From: Octopus bimaculoides
Taxonomy: Eukaryota
Length of the DNA stretch: 36,820 bases
Assembly (NCBI RefSeq): GCF_001194135.2
Contig: NC_068981.1
Location: 89,398,798 to 89,435,617, forward strand
Direction: 5' to 3'
Within the stretch, counting starts at the first letter, position 1. The number at the start of each line of letters is the position of its first letter. Below, in pieces: positions 10,466 through 23,740 of this stretch. Made by a program: the position numbers and the translations under genes. The notes under the pieces were generated by a model. It was not told where the DNA came from and ran no database searches. It worked only from the letters and a program-made list of their open reading frames with translations.

Positions 10466-12339
10466 TAAAGCATAAATGTTGCATAACATACCCTCCTCAT
10501 TCTACACTCAGTGAATAACATAAGTTACTCTTTAATGTAATCTAATGGGATATGCTTGCTGTGAGTTTGGTAGTGAAGTCCAACCCAACAGGAAGCATCT
10601 CATTGCGTATCTAGTCAGAACATTGAATTGTATATTACGTCACATTATCTAGCAGTTGGGAATAAAGAACAAATTCTTAATGAAAACTATCTTAGAAAGA
10701 ATAATGCCCGGCTTAGAGAACGATTCTATTTCATGAACCTAACGCCGTAGAAATCAATTTTGAATGTAGACGCTTGTGAAAATATATATTACTTTATTTA
10801 AAAAGAATTAACTCTCCCATTGTGCTTGTGTGATTTTTTGATGCTATACAATGCCATTTACCAACCCAATGTCTTTGCTGGCTTTTATATAGACTAGAAT
10901 CAATAATGTATTTACAACATATTCATAGAACAACAAAGATGTTGCAAGGCAATTAAGCTTTTATCAATTAGTAAGGTACCATAAAACATTGAAAAGGAAT
11001 GCTCAAAGACATAAATGTTCATTTCTTTAGTTCATAAGTTGAGTGAACATTTCAAGAATTCTGCTTAAATGCAGAATTTTAGAGAAATAAAAACCTGAGA
11101 AAGAATGTTTTAAGACCACATCGAACATGCAATATAATATTTTGCTGCAATTTTAATAGAAAAATATTTTGTGTAATACAGAATTGATTTTACTTCTTTG
11201 TTTCTTACGCCACAGTTGATTTATGACACTTGTTAAATAATGATACAGTTGTTATAGCAAGATATATTTTAGAACGTTTTAAAACCCAATAAAAATATTG
11301 CTTTACGCACAACAAACTTTAAAATTGTAAAATAAGCATTAAAACTACAAAAGCTAACTGAATTACTAAACTAGCATTTAGCAATTTTTGCTTGAATATA
11401 TAAGTATAAATTTCTTACATAATTAATGCGGAGATGAGTTTCGTTACTATTTCAATGATGAAAGCATACTACTTTAATGTATTATCACTGACTGTGAGTA
11501 GAATTATGATCAGCGTACCGATGTGGCCATTGCTTTCTCAGATCTATTTATTTTAACAGATTATAGAATCAATCTATAACCTTGTATGCGTAATAGATAA
11601 TGAAACTTAAAGTAATATTCTACCAAGCAGAAACTATAACACAGTAATAGACAACGATAGAAAAATGAAAACAAAATGTATCAAAGTTCTCATTTTACAC
11701 AAGGACAACGAACTTAAAACAATGAACAGCATTTAGTAAATGCGATATACAATATAGGTTCTCTATATGACATACATGCATTATGCAAATAATTAAATAC
11801 ATAAATGAAAAAATGTTTAAGTAAATAATTTATGATTAGATAATTTTTAAAAATGTATTTTACATCCTTGAGTGAAGAATTTGGAAGTTATATTTTGAGG
11901 AATAAATTAAATATCACATTATTGGTACTTAATTGAAAGAATTCAAAAGGATAAAATGCAATGTCAAATTTGATATGAAAAATATGAAGCTCCAAACTGT
12001 TTTGAAAATGCATTTAATTAATCATACTACCATTGTTGTATCTGATGGCTTTATGAAATATATAGAACGAACATAGAAACGTGTCATCTGTACGATTACA
12101 TATTTACCGGAGTAGATATTTCATATTTAATTGGATATCACGCCTTTACATTCAAAATGGTATTGGTAAAATGAATGCTAATGAGGTACTTTACTTTCTT
12201 TATCACTTGTCATATGATAATGCATTTCCTGTTTATTTCAATTTAGAGCACGATTATAGTAATATCTGTTTCTCCTATTTTGCAGTAATTAGATTTAATT
12301 AACGGAGATTGCTAAATCCTGAACCAGTACGCTACATTA

Positions 12340-12562
12340 AATATACTTTCCTACTCTAGGCACAATGCCCGAAATGTTTTGGGAGTGGAAGGGCCAGTCC
12401 ATTCGATCGACCCCAGTACGCAGATGGTACTTAATTTATCGACACCGAAAGGATGAAAGGCAACGTCGACCTCGGCGGAATTTGAACTCAGACGAAATAC
12501 CGCTAAGCATTTCGCCCAGCGTGCTAACGTTTCTTATTTCTTTACTGTTCACAAGGGGCTAC
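12340..12562 (-). mobile_element. tRNA-derived SINE with a duplicated tail segment at its 5' side
   Basis: Homologous to 538-770 (GAAAGGATGAAAGGCAAC...GGCGGAATTTGAACTCAGACGAAATACCGCTAAGCATTTCGCCC). Confidence 0.8.
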
Positions 12563-15284
12563 TACTAGAAAAGGTAATTCTTGCTTCCTGAAACTGCTAA
12601 GTCGCTTTGACCTAGCAGATACTTATAGGTTGGAATTTCCGAACGCTCCAATGTGGACTTGGTCAAATAGCGAGGGATCTTCCAGGTCATATATAGATAG
12701 AGTGTTAATTAGAAAAGTAGATAGAAATATAGCTAAGTGTCCACAGTTTTACCCAGTCAGCTACAGAGATCATAAAATGATCACCTGTAGGCTTGACATA
12801 GATAAGCTATATAATAGAGGCTTCGGCTACTGGAAACTTAATACGTCCCTTTTGGCGATTAAGGAGTACAGAGATCGGATTAAGTTGTTGATTCAGAGGG
12901 CATTAACCGGTACTATTATTAATACTAAATGGTGGTATGCCCTCAAGCGAGCCATTAAATTTGAGTCTATTAGATAGAGCATACGTTTAGTGGCTATAGA
13001 GAGTAGGAGGGAATCAGTTTTAGTTAAAGAATTAGAGGAAGCAACGAGAACTGGTTCTACGATTCAGGTGACAGCCAAGAGACTGGCATTAAACCAGAAC
13101 CTCGAAGCCAAACACATGGGTTGCATTGTCAGAGCTAGACCTCGTGCTATGGGTTGTGAAGAAATCAAGACTGCAGGATGGGGCCGAGTGGTGGAAGCCC
13201 AACGTGGTAATGATGTTACAATCCGATCTTTGAGGAACCAACAAGGTAAGTTGATAAACGAACCCGAGATGTGTGAGGCTTTTCAGGAGCACTTCGCCCA
13301 GCTTTTCGGTGAGAGCGGTGGGCTGGATAGAAGGAGGGACCTAACGGACTTCCTCGCCGGGCTGTCGCGCCTATCGGGGTGGGACTCGGAGTGCTGTGAA
13401 GGGCCGATCACACCTGAGGAGGTAATTGAGACTATGACGGACTGCAGCGCGAGTAAGGAGCCAGGACTGGATGGTTTGCGAATTTCTACGCGAACTGGCA
13501 GCAGAACGGGTTTATTCCCAGATCTATGCTCCGGGGAGTGGTGACGCTTGTCAGAAAGGACCCGAACAAGGGTGATTCCGTTGATAATTTTCGGCCCATC
13601 ACTCTGCTAAAGGCAGAGTTGAAAATTTTGGCCAAAGTATTATCGAAAAGATTGGCGCGTGTCGTGGACGTTTTGATCGGGGAGGTACAGACATGTGCCG
13701 TTCCCGGCAGAACCATCCACGATAATCTCCATCTTACACGGTACACTTTAGAAGTGTTTAATAATGATGCTGGCAAGGGTAGGGCACTGGTCCATTTAGA
13801 CCAATCAAAAACGTTCGATAGGGTTGACCATCGCTACCTGGTGTCCGTTCTGGCGCAGTTCGGTCTGGGTCTTGGTTTTCTCAGGTGGATCATCGAGTTT
13901 TACGACAACATCGACTCGGCAGTTCGGGTGAACGGCTTCTCATCGAAGCCGTTAAACATCAAGTTCTAGGTTCGTTAAGCGTGTCCGCTCTCCCCGATTT
14001 TGTATGTGATGGCTCTTGAGCCATTACTGCGAAAATTGAGCGGCATTCCGAGACAGCCAGGTTGTGGAAAATCGGTTTCAGCTTACGCGGATGACATCAC
14101 CATCATCGCAACCGAAATGGACCACGTACAAAAAGTAAGCAAAGCCATAGAGGTTTACGAGACGGTGGCAGGAGCAAAATTTAATCGTGAAAAGTCAGTT
14201 GGCTTGCAGCTCGGCACCTGGAGAGGCAAGTCGATGCGTCCTGATAGCGTCGTGGGACGTTGGATGGAGGGTCCGATTAAGTTGCTAGGAATTTGGTTTA
14301 GACCAGACCTCTAAATAGAGAAGAACTGGGTCGTGGTATCGAGTAGGGTGACCCACATAGTGAAGACCTGGTCTTGGCGGTGGCTATCCCTGAAAGGAAG
14401 GGTGGAGGTAGCCAATGTGCTCATCGCAACGGTCATCACCTACCGCCTAACCGTCGTTCCTTGCCCTGATTTGTGGTTGATCAAGCTGGAAAGACAGCTC
14501 TACCGCTTTTTGTGGGAGTGCTGGAAACCGCTTGTGAGACGCTGTATTTGCTGCCAACAATTAAAGGGTGGACTTGGGATGCCTTGGCTGTTGATGCGCA
14601 GACATGCGCTGAGGTTGAGGCATCTTTAACTCTACCTGGATGGTGAACGGGTGTGGTCTCCGTTGGCGAAACAGATGTTTCCCAAGTTCACTTGTTTTGG
14701 TGGATGGGAAACCTGATTGAATCGAAGATCGATGTTGGGTACATGGTATATGGAGTGTCGCAAGGCACTTCTGCTATTCCGTCGCCCGAGCAATGTCTGC
14801 GGTAGGGGTTCCACTGCATTCTTCTATAGAGGGCTTGTAGAGGCGAAATGTGATGACACCTTAGGGGAAACCCTAGGTCTCCACGATAATCAGCTGGCCA
14901 GTCTGTTTCAACGTGCATTCGGGCCGAAGACCCTGGATAACTTTCAGAAGTTTCTGGCATGGCAATGTTACCGAGGGGCCTTACCTGTTCGGGACAAACA
15001 CGCAAGACATGGTTGCGCCGTCCCGCCGACTTGTCCAAGGTGCGGGCGGGACAGGGAAACCATCCCGCACGCTATTGTACAATGTTCGGAGGTGTCGGGT
15101 GTGTGGGTATGTGCTGAACAACTGTTTTGTCAGGTACAGGTAGAGTACAGCTATCGACTGAGTCTATAGTAAAAATTGACCCGCCTGATTTCCTCTCAAA
15201 AGAAGGTAAGATTTGTTTTCTCACTGTGGTAACAATTGCGAGAGAGGTAATTTGGAGAACGAGGATGAAAGGGTTAAGGTCGGG
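12563..15284 (+). mobile_element. L1/Tx1-like LINE ORF2 pseudogene (APE C-terminus, RT, CCHC knuckle), truncated at both ends
   Basis: APE: WTWSNSEGSSRSYIDRVLI...SYRDHK and GFGYWKLNTSLL. RT: NFRPITLLKAELKILAKVLSKRL, LVHLDQSKTFDRVDH, SAYADDITI. C-terminus: CPRCGRDRETIPHAIVQC. There are multiple stops and frameshifts, and a deletion of about 50 nt near 13478 relative to the second copy. Confidence 0.92.
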
Positions 15285-16930
15285 TATCCTGAATGGTTCT
15301 GCCTGGGATGACACATGTCTGTGCCTCCCCAACTATACCATTCGCGGCACGCGCCAACCTTTTTGCTAAGACCTTGGCGAAAATCTTCACTTCTGCGTTT
15401 AACAGAGTGATGGGCCTGAAATTCTCTATAACGTCCTCCTTATCTGGGTCATTTCTGACCAACGTCACTACTCCCGGGCGCACAGATCTAGGGATAAACC
15501 CATTCTGTTGTCAGTTCGCGTAAACGTCAGCCAGTACAAGGCTGAACAAGTCTGGCATACATTTATACAGCTCGTATGGAAGACCATCAAGTGCCGGTGA
15601 CTTACTTGCTTTACAGTCGGCCAAAGCCTCCATCACCTCCACAGGCGTGATTGGCCTTTCGCAAGACTCCGCATCCGACTCCTAGAGACACGGCAGCCCG
15701 GCAAGAAAGTCCTTGAGGGCTCTCCCACCACCAGGACCACCGTCACCCCCGAACAGCTGGGCGAAGTACTCCCGAAGGTCTCGCACATTTTCTTAGGTTC
15801 GTTTACCAAGACATCATTTTGATTCGTCAAAGACCGAATAATGGAACTATTTCCTTGCCGAGCTTCCACCACTTGGGCCCATCCAGCGGCCTTGATTCCT
15901 TCACTTCCCATCGCATGTAACTTAGTTCTGGCAATACTTCCCAATGTGTTGGGCTTCAAGATGCTGGTTTAACTCCAGTCTTTTCACCCTCGCTTGGTCC
16001 GCATTACCAGTCCTCCAGGCTTCTTCTAGTTCCTTAACTAGACCATCTCCTATTCTACGTCCCTTCTTAACTAAACCTATGCTAAACGTAATAGACTCAT
16101 ATTTGATGGCTCTTTTTAGGGCGTACCACCATTTGTTATTAATGATGGTACTTGTTAATGCCCTCTGTATTAACATCTCGATCCGCGTTCTGTACTCCTC
16201 AATCGCCAAAACGGACTATTGAGTTTCCAGTAGCCAGATGCCTGACTATGCAACTTATCTATTGTCAGTTTACAGGTAACCATCTTGTGGTCACTGTATC
16301 GGACTAGAAAAAAACTGTGGACACTTAGCTATGAAATTATCTGTTTCTCTAATTAAAATCCTATCTAGATATGTTCTGGAAGACCCGTCACTATTTGACC
16401 ACGTCCACTGTGGGGTGTTCGGGTGTTCCAACCTATATGGATCTGCTAGCTGAAAGTGTCTTAGCAGATCCCGTAAGCCTGGGCTACATTTTCTGTTCGT
16501 GTTCGAGCCAACACAATCTGTGTGTGCGTTACATATTGTGTTAAAATCTCCTAACAATACTAGTGAATGCGATGTGGCCAGGAACTTGCCCAGGTCACGA
16601 AAATATTCACTTCGCCGGGCCCATAATGTTGGGTGCATAAATAGCGACTAGCCTGATTATCTTGCCACAACTGAATGTCAGGTCAAGAACGATCAACCTG
16701 CCTTTCGGGTCATAATAAAAACAACTTTTTCTCGGCTACCCGGTTTCTTTTTAGTAGGACTAACACCCTACCCCCACCTCCCACCCGACTCGGAGAAACG
16801 TATTTCTCATAGTCGTTCAGGAGGGGGAGCAGATCTCTTGGCCCCTTTCCTGGGTTTCTTGCGCAAGTTAACTTTGTTTTTCTCCCTCACGGAGACGATA
16901 GAAAGTGTCAATCAAAGGCAGGAAGTATTA
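15285..16930 (-). mobile_element. Second L1/Tx1-like LINE ORF2 fragment (APE through start of RT), convergent with the first
   Basis: APE motifs LAQET, RLIVLDL...RLVAIYAP, LVLLGDFN, WTWSNSDGSSRTYLDRILI. RT start NFRPITLLNAEVKIFAKVLAKRL...QTCVIPGRTIQD is cut at the 15284/15285 junction. Confidence 0.92.
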
Positions 16931-16942
16931 GAGTGTGGGACT

Positions 16943-17125
16943 GCCTAATTCCTGAGTTATAGGAACGTAAACAAACCAACAGTTTTTGGACGATGTGCTG
17001 GGAAACATGAAAGGCATATCACATCAGATGTATAATCCATAGTTACGCAGCTTACATTATTAATGAATAAATTAAAATTTTTAGCGGATGCAGAATCGTA
17101 TACAGGATATCATACATATAAATGC
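16943..17125 (-). repeat. Diverged copy of the repeat at 10140-10335
   Basis: GATGTGCTGGGAAACATGAAAGGCATATCACATCAGATGTATAATCC here versus GATGTGTTAGGGAGACATGAAAGGTATTTCACATCAGATATACAATCT on the minus strand at 10245-10292. Confidence 0.75.
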
Positions 17126-18159
17126 CTTGGGATTTTCCCTTCGACCCTTTGCGGTCTAACTTGCAGCAACAAATTGGACAACACTGATGTCTTGGAAAAT
17201 GGGGTCTTAAACACATGAGAAACAGCTTGTCTTCTATAAAGAAGACCTTTCCAAAACCTGTGCACACAGATACAAGTTTAATGTAAATACGGACTTCCAG
17301 AGTTCCTAGAAGACATCATAGACCTGGCTGTATATTTTTATTCTCATCAGTGAGAGTGTTAATACGCATACATCTCCTTCGAGAGTTGACACGTCCATCA
17401 GATTAGGATGAATTCCACACAATCCGGTTGCCTGTATGTATATAGAGTACACATGTATGTACATTCAAACGCAATATAGACAGCTAATGGTAGATCCATT
17501 TTAATACTTGATAATCTTTCAGTCCAAATCCTGACTACGCCCACATAATAACGAATGCTTCTTTTGTTGTTCATTTGTCTAAATATTGTTTGGCATGTGT
17601 CTGCACGTTAGTTTATCTGAATATATAGCAGTTTTTTGGTTACTTGTATGCATTGCATGTGCTTCTATGTTCACATCATTAACGAATAAAACTTTGTTTA
17701 GTTTACTTTAAAACAATTTCAATGAATCAGATAACTATTTCAAACTGATACTAGATGAGAAAACGCAAACAAACAACTGGTTCTGAATAAAGACAGCTAC
17801 GGAGACTGATCGAGTTAATCATAGCTAAACACAAGTTACCTTATAGTTGTTTCCATGGTTACCTATAGAACGCAGGCATTGTCGAAAGTATAAATCAATA
17901 GAACATGCTAAACAGCCTACAGCAAACAACATTATTTCTGTAACAATACTATACTGAGAATGGATATCGCAAAGAAAAAAGATGCGACGTAGTCTGCTAG
18001 GAGATTAAAGATCAGTGAATCACATTTGTAAGGTCCCAATATAATAAATACAATAAACGATCGAACAAATACTAACGAGGTATTTAAAAACACTACAAGT
18101 TATATGAAAATAATGGAAAATGAACTGTATATTGAGTTGATATTATGATATAAATATTA

Positions 18160-18340
18160 AAAGCGGCAAGCTGACAGAAACGTTAGCATATCTGATTTCA
18201 AATTCTGACGAGATCGACTTTGCTTTTCATCCTTTCGGGGTCGACAAATTGAGTACCAGTTGAGTAGTGGGGTCGATCTAATCGACTGGCCTTCTCCCCC
18301 AAAAGTTCGGGCCTTGTGCCAAGAGTAGAAAAGAATATTA
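18160..18340 (+). mobile_element. tRNA-derived SINE with an internal deletion in the head
   Basis: GCGGCAAGCTGACAGAAACGTTAGC...TTCAAATTC...TTTCATCCTTTCGGGGTCGAC...GTACCAG...GGGGTCGATCTAATCGACTGG...CCTTGTGCC. Confidence 0.8.
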
Positions 18341-20441
18341 AGTAAATTTCGTATCTCGGGAAGCAGTGAAAGAGGAACTCAATGGCCGATGAAATCAGGA
18401 TGCAAGATTGAAAATAATCCATCTTTATATATTCACAACGGTGCTTTATTTACAAATGGTATATTGGCATCAGCTTAAACAGAATGTTGGCTAAAAATCT
18501 ATAGATTTATTCTGTAGTACAATATAACAATTATAACAATTCTTTGCCACTCTCCAGGTGAGAATGAAGTGAAATCTTGATCATTCTGTTGGAAACATAT
18601 AATCAACGACGGAATTGTATACAGAATATGATATAAAATAAATAAACTTAAATAAATAAATAAATAGATAAATGAATAGCTTATTATTAATTGAAGCTCT
18701 AAAATTTCGTGCAGAATTAAGCTGAAAAGCACAGGCATTATATTGCTTTAACTATTGATTGAAGAGCTATTCCATTTAAGAAATATTACTTAATTTGCAA
18801 TACATACAATGAGATTGATATACAATCGCTTCTCTTCAGACGATTATAGGTTATATACAAGTAACATAGTTACATGCTCGCTCAAAAATAACAATTGTAG
18901 GGATTCTTAGACGCGATTATTTCGTGTTTTCGAAGATCTATTAACTTCTTTTAGCATAAAACTGAATAGAGTTTGTATATTTCTTACATTATAAATAATA
19001 GGATTAATCCTAAAATAATCATTTATTCATTGCCCACATGGTGTTTGAGATACGTACATACAGAACAACCAAATGGTTTTGACAGTAACTACAAAAGGAA
19101 GAGGTATAAATATAACGTATCATGAAAAACAGAAATTAAATCACTCCAACGAGTGAAAATGAACAAATTCCTCCACATGAAAGTCACTATCTCTAGGCTA
19201 TCAGCGTATCCCAAATGCCCTCTTATTTTGTACACCAGCTAGCTGTTCTCTCCAGGCAAAATGGAAGAGCAGATCTTCTCATAAGATCCATTTCGGTAAT
19301 TGCGATTCCCTGTCGTCAACTTTCCTAGAAACCAGCATTTACCAATTCATCGTAAACCTCTGCTTTAAGTTGAACCTAAAGAGGCTAATGCTTGTTTGTT
19401 TGGCGAGAATGCTTTGTACTCAACTCTTTGAAACGTGTCGACTACAACCACCGAAAGTAATGGGTTATCCTTTCCTTGACAAAACAGGGTGTGGGACAAA
19501 CATTAAAAAGAACTCTGCCTATCTTCGTATCTGTCCCAGACACAATAACAGGTGTTCATCAGAGCGCCATATATCAACATTATACAAGCACTATTCAAAT
19601 GCAGAAAGAACGGTATCATTACACCCTCTAAACAACAAGAGATTTAGAAAGTACAAGAAGTACTATATAATGCTTGCAAGAAAATGGTGCTATACTTTCT
19701 GCCATATATCGGAGAAGGTGTTAAAATCCTCTCTCAGCTGCATGTGGAATAAGAAAAAGAGATACATCAGTGTTCTCTTGGCTTCCTCCTCGAGAAATTA
19801 CTCGGGAACGAAAATCGCCCCTTTTCGAATTATTACACTTGTTACTTAATTGCTTTTTAAATATATTACAGGGAGACATGTTTTTCTCTGTGTAAGAGAG
19901 GGAGAAAACAGAAACTAAAACTCTCACATCCTTCCCTTCACATGATTTTCCACGAACACTACACAAAATACCCACTTCAGAAGGGTGTCTAGTGAAGATA
20001 TATCCACATATGTTTAGACTTTACAGGAGAACTGAGAACCATGTTAGGGTAAAATTGAATTCTGATGATGATGCTAATGTAAATCATTCTCTTTACGTAA
20101 CCAAAACTTCAAGCAGCACTTTGGATCAATTTAAAATAACAATGAAATTCTAAAATACCAATTTTAATATTTTTGATAAAAATGATGTTTCGTATGTTCA
20201 TTTTGAACTCTGCATTTGCTCAGAACCGACACCTATAGCTCTCCAGCTGCTATCATTTAATCCCATCTCTCCTTTCAGTTTTTCTTAACTTTAAGCGTAG
20301 ATTCAGTTCTTTATCACTTGTTCTCCCTAATCCAACTTACACTGCCTATTGTTGGCATGACAATATTGCTATCGGGACTATAATTTTAAAGAAATGAAAG
20401 AAATATTGTTCACATATAATAAGGAAACCAAATTGACATAC

Positions 20442-20752
20442 CTTTCGATTTGAGCATAACCACTTGAGCATGTCCCTTAGTGGCTGACAATATGTGCATC
20501 TCTGTTCATGAGTAGGAGTAGTGAGGCAACATCATAGCTATATGCTGGGAGACATTATTTGGGGCTTGGATAAATGTAATAAAAGCAAAGTTTGAAGGAA
20601 ATATTAGCCAAAGACAAAAATCGTGCTACACAGAGTAACATAACTTCCAGTCTGCCTTATGAATATGCTAAATCATTAATACTTTATAAACTAAATTCAA
20701 CAATGTGGTGCACCAGCATGACCGCAGCCACTTGGCTGAAACACATAAATAA

Positions 20753-20784
<32 letters not shown>
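20442..20784 (+). mobile_element. Poly(A)-tailed retroposed repeat
   Basis: It ends GTGCACCAGCATGACCGCAGCCACTTGGCTGAAACAC, similar to the SINE tail at 36540-36580, followed by AATAAA and 30 A (20755-20784). The 5' boundary is uncertain. Confidence 0.5.
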
Positions 20785-20786
<2 letters not shown>

Positions 20787-21130
20787 TAATTTTGACATAC
20801 GATAATGTTTAGATATTAAGGCTTTGTACAAATTATATGATTAAATAACGGACGAAAATATGAAACTATGCGTGTGTGAGGTGTGTGCGTGACATAAAAC
20901 CGAGAAACAACCAGCCAGTGGTTTGTTTATCACATAGCAATAATAAAAATAATTTTAATATATATTAGTTGATGCTATTTCTAAAAAAATCAGACGTCAT
21001 ACATATATGTTCATACGTACGAGCGCAAGCGTGTATGTGTGTGTTTAAATCGTATTTTGAGTTTGTGTATAATTCAAACACATATATTTATAGAGTTTAC
21101 ATATATATCTTTTCCATATACATCTTTCAA

Positions 21131-21330
21131 CTTTTACTTGTTTCGATTTTTTGACTGCGGCCACGCTGGGGCATCGCCTTGAGGGGTTTTAGTCGAACGA
21201 ATCGATACTTAATACTCATATATTTCAAACCCGGTATATTTTCTATTGGTCTCTTATGCTGAATCGCTAGGTTACGGGGATGCAAACAAGCCATTACCAG
21301 TTGTCAAGCTGTGATGCGTACAAACACGCA
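21131..21330 (-). mobile_element. SINE (same family as 36530-36720), decayed
   Basis: TTTGACTGCGGCCACGCTGGGGCATCGCCTT...AGTCGAAC...GCTAGGTTACGGGGATGCAAAC, followed by (CA)-rich repeats. Confidence 0.75.
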
Positions 21331-21453
21331 CGCATGCACACAAACAAACACACACACAAACACACACACACAAACACACACACAAACACACACACAAACA
21401 CACACACACACACATACACACACACACACACACACACCCACAAATATATATAT
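21325..21453. repeat. (CA)n/(CAAA)-type simple repeat
   Basis: Read directly from the sequence. Confidence 0.9.
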
Positions 21454-21839
21454 NNNNNNNNNNNNNNNNNNNNNNNNNNNNNNNNNNNNNNNNNNNNNNN
21501 NNNNNNNNNNNNNNNNNNNNNNNNNNNNNNNNNNNNNNNNNNNNNNNNNNNNNNNNNNNNNNNNNNNNNNNNNNNNNNNNNNNNNNNNNNNNNNNNNNNN
21601 NNNNNNNNNNNNNNNNNNNNNNNNNNNNNNNNNNNNNNNNNNNNNNNNNNNNNNNNNNNNNNNNNNNNNNNNNNNNNNNNNNNNNNNNNNNNNNNNNNNN
21701 NNNNNNNNNNNNNNNNNNNNNNNNNNNNNNNNNNNNNNNNNNNNNNNNNNNNNNNNNNNNNNNNNNNNNNNNNNNNNNNNNNNNNNNNNNNNNNNNNNNN
21801 NNNNNNNNNNNNNNNNNNNNNNNNNNNNNNNNNNNNNNN
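21454..21839. other. Assembly gap (N run)
   Basis: N run. Confidence 1.
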
Positions 21840-22249
21840 ATACATATATACATACATAATGTAATATAGTGCATTTATATGGTACAAAACGTATCTTTAT
21901 AATGAAATGTAATGTAATATATTCATATAATATAATATATATATATGATATATATGTCAATGGATGGATATATTATCATGGCAATTATCATCATCATCGT
22001 CATTCAGACGAAATGCAAGGTCACTGAAAAACCTATATGGTGGTACGATTTTCGTTGAGAGTGTGCTTACTGGGGGTGTTGGTGGTTGGTTATCTGCGGG
22101 TTGTCTGTCTTATGTGTGTGTGTGTGTGAGTGTGTGTGTGTATTTGTGTACATGGGTATGTTGGTGTGTCTTGGTTAATCTCTTTATGCCAGCCCCAAGG
22201 GCCTTGGTGGAAGGTCGATTGCAGAAAGATGAAGCAGGTGACCCTTGGT

Positions 22250-23400
22250 TACAATCATGGGATATTCAAAGAGGACATGTAGTTGTTAAAGCGGATTCTG
22301 AAGGGGCCTTTCGTTGCCTCCACTTATTTCTGCCCTCTCGGTTGTCCATTGGGTCCTGTTGTTCTTACTTCTGCCTCGTAAACGACTGTTTTCGTATTGC
22401 ATTGCCCGTTTAGTGGGCAAGTTGTCTTACCCCTACATGAGCATCCTGCCTTAGTCTCGGGTCGGGGCTTACCTACTAAAATCTGTTTTACACTAGATGC
22501 ACAGCTGAAGGATAATCTCAGAGTATGCCTATAAAATATTTTATAGAATCTATTGGTTCAAGGGAAGTGTCTGTTAATTAAGCTAAGAAAGATCGTACTT
22601 ACCCTGGTCCAAACTTTTCAAGCGAAAACCACAGTACCTTCCGGTGGCGTTTTCTCTTGGTAGGGCTAGGGTCTGAGATGTAACTAATCTTGTCCTTGAA
22701 TCCACTGGCAACCAGATCCCGGTTGTTATATGGGATGGTGGAATCGAAGATTTCTTTGCTTGAAGACAAGGAGGATATTCTCCTGCTGACGTCCTTAACT
22801 AGGTACTTGAACACTATGACTGGGTGGTAAGAACCTGTGTTAATATAAGACATCTTCTCATTAGGATCTTTAAACGGCCTACAAGCACCTGAATCCAGGT
22901 CCAGGGTCACGTCAAGAAAATCAACCGTTTTCAGATTGGTCTCTCTAGTAACCCTTAGTCGAAGAGAGATCATAGTGACCGCGAGTTCCTTTAGGAGCCT
23001 ATCTGGCGTATGACCATTGGCACCTGTTGAAATTGCCAACTCGTCATCCATGTATAGGCCAATGCTAATAGACGGGAATGTCTCTCTTTACCAGAGTCTC
23101 TATCCTATCTTCTATACCTAGTTTAATATTATCCTGTTTAATATTATCATATGTGTAGGGATGCCCTCCTGTATGTTTGTGTGATGATGTTATTAAGGTG
23201 CTGTGCATGTGTGCCACTACTTATCCTATAGAGATTGTTTGTTTTGTCGGAGGAGAGAATAGTCCTATCAGAAGGTCGTGCTCGTTTCCACCACCAACAG
23301 TGGAGAGCGAACGCCATTTCCCCTTCCATATCGGCTATTTCTGACGAGAGTATATTATATGAGTGCTTTGTTGTGTCCATTATATAATTTCACGCGAACC
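22250..23400 (-). mobile_element. Penelope-like element remnant (N-terminal piece, RT C-half, GIY-YIG start) with an internal deletion
   Basis: ILSSDKTNNLYRI (23147-23380); GLYMDDELAI...VDFLDVTLDL...YINTGSYHP...RRISSLSSSKEIF...RKVLWF (22599-23060); GCSCRGKTTCPLNGQCNTKTVVYEAEV...FRIRFNNYMSSLN (22250-22450). Confidence 0.88.
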
Positions 23401-23604
23401 GATTGGTAAGACCAGCCGTGGTGGATAATTAACACTATAAAAGTCAGACAATATATACATATTTCATAAAAATATCTTTTTTACGATGGATTCTCCCGTC
23501 AATGATGACATATGCGTGTTCTGTGTTAGCCGATCGATCTGCACAAATGATTTGTTTATAAAAACCAGATGTATGCGCTGTACATTTTCTCTCTTCCTTC
23601 ATCA

Positions 23605-23740
23605 AATTGGCATTGCTTGTACAATAAAGGTACACGGTGTACTACACGTCAGGTGTCTAAGTGATCGGAGAGCAACATTATCCGGTCCAAGAGTTGAAAC
23701 CACGATCTCACGATCGCGAGGGCGACAGACTAAACACGAG
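23605..23740 (-). mobile_element. tRNA-derived SINE fragment (another family)
   Basis: The minus strand GTGTTTAGTCTGTCGCCCTCGCGATCGTGAGATCGTGGTTTCAACTCTTGGACCGG resembles a tRNA-like head with a degenerate B box. Confidence 0.5.

Noticed and set aside
17000-17340. hAT-like transposase remnant (CIIH, T-x-W-T strings in different frames)
   Set aside because: The motifs are too short, lie in inconsistent frames, and partly overlap a non-coding dispersed repeat.
18503-18563. Splice-like CAG|GTGAGA with a short upstream candidate exon
   Set aside because: It is an isolated signal with no recognisable peptide or neighbouring exons.
21272-21960. Long ORFs in the six-frame track (also 24173-24646, 27190-27507, 28220-28929, 35802-36251, 233-485)
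   Set aside because: They are artefacts of N gaps and simple repeats (poly-X, His/Thr, Cys/Val, Ile, Leu, Ser or Glu runs).
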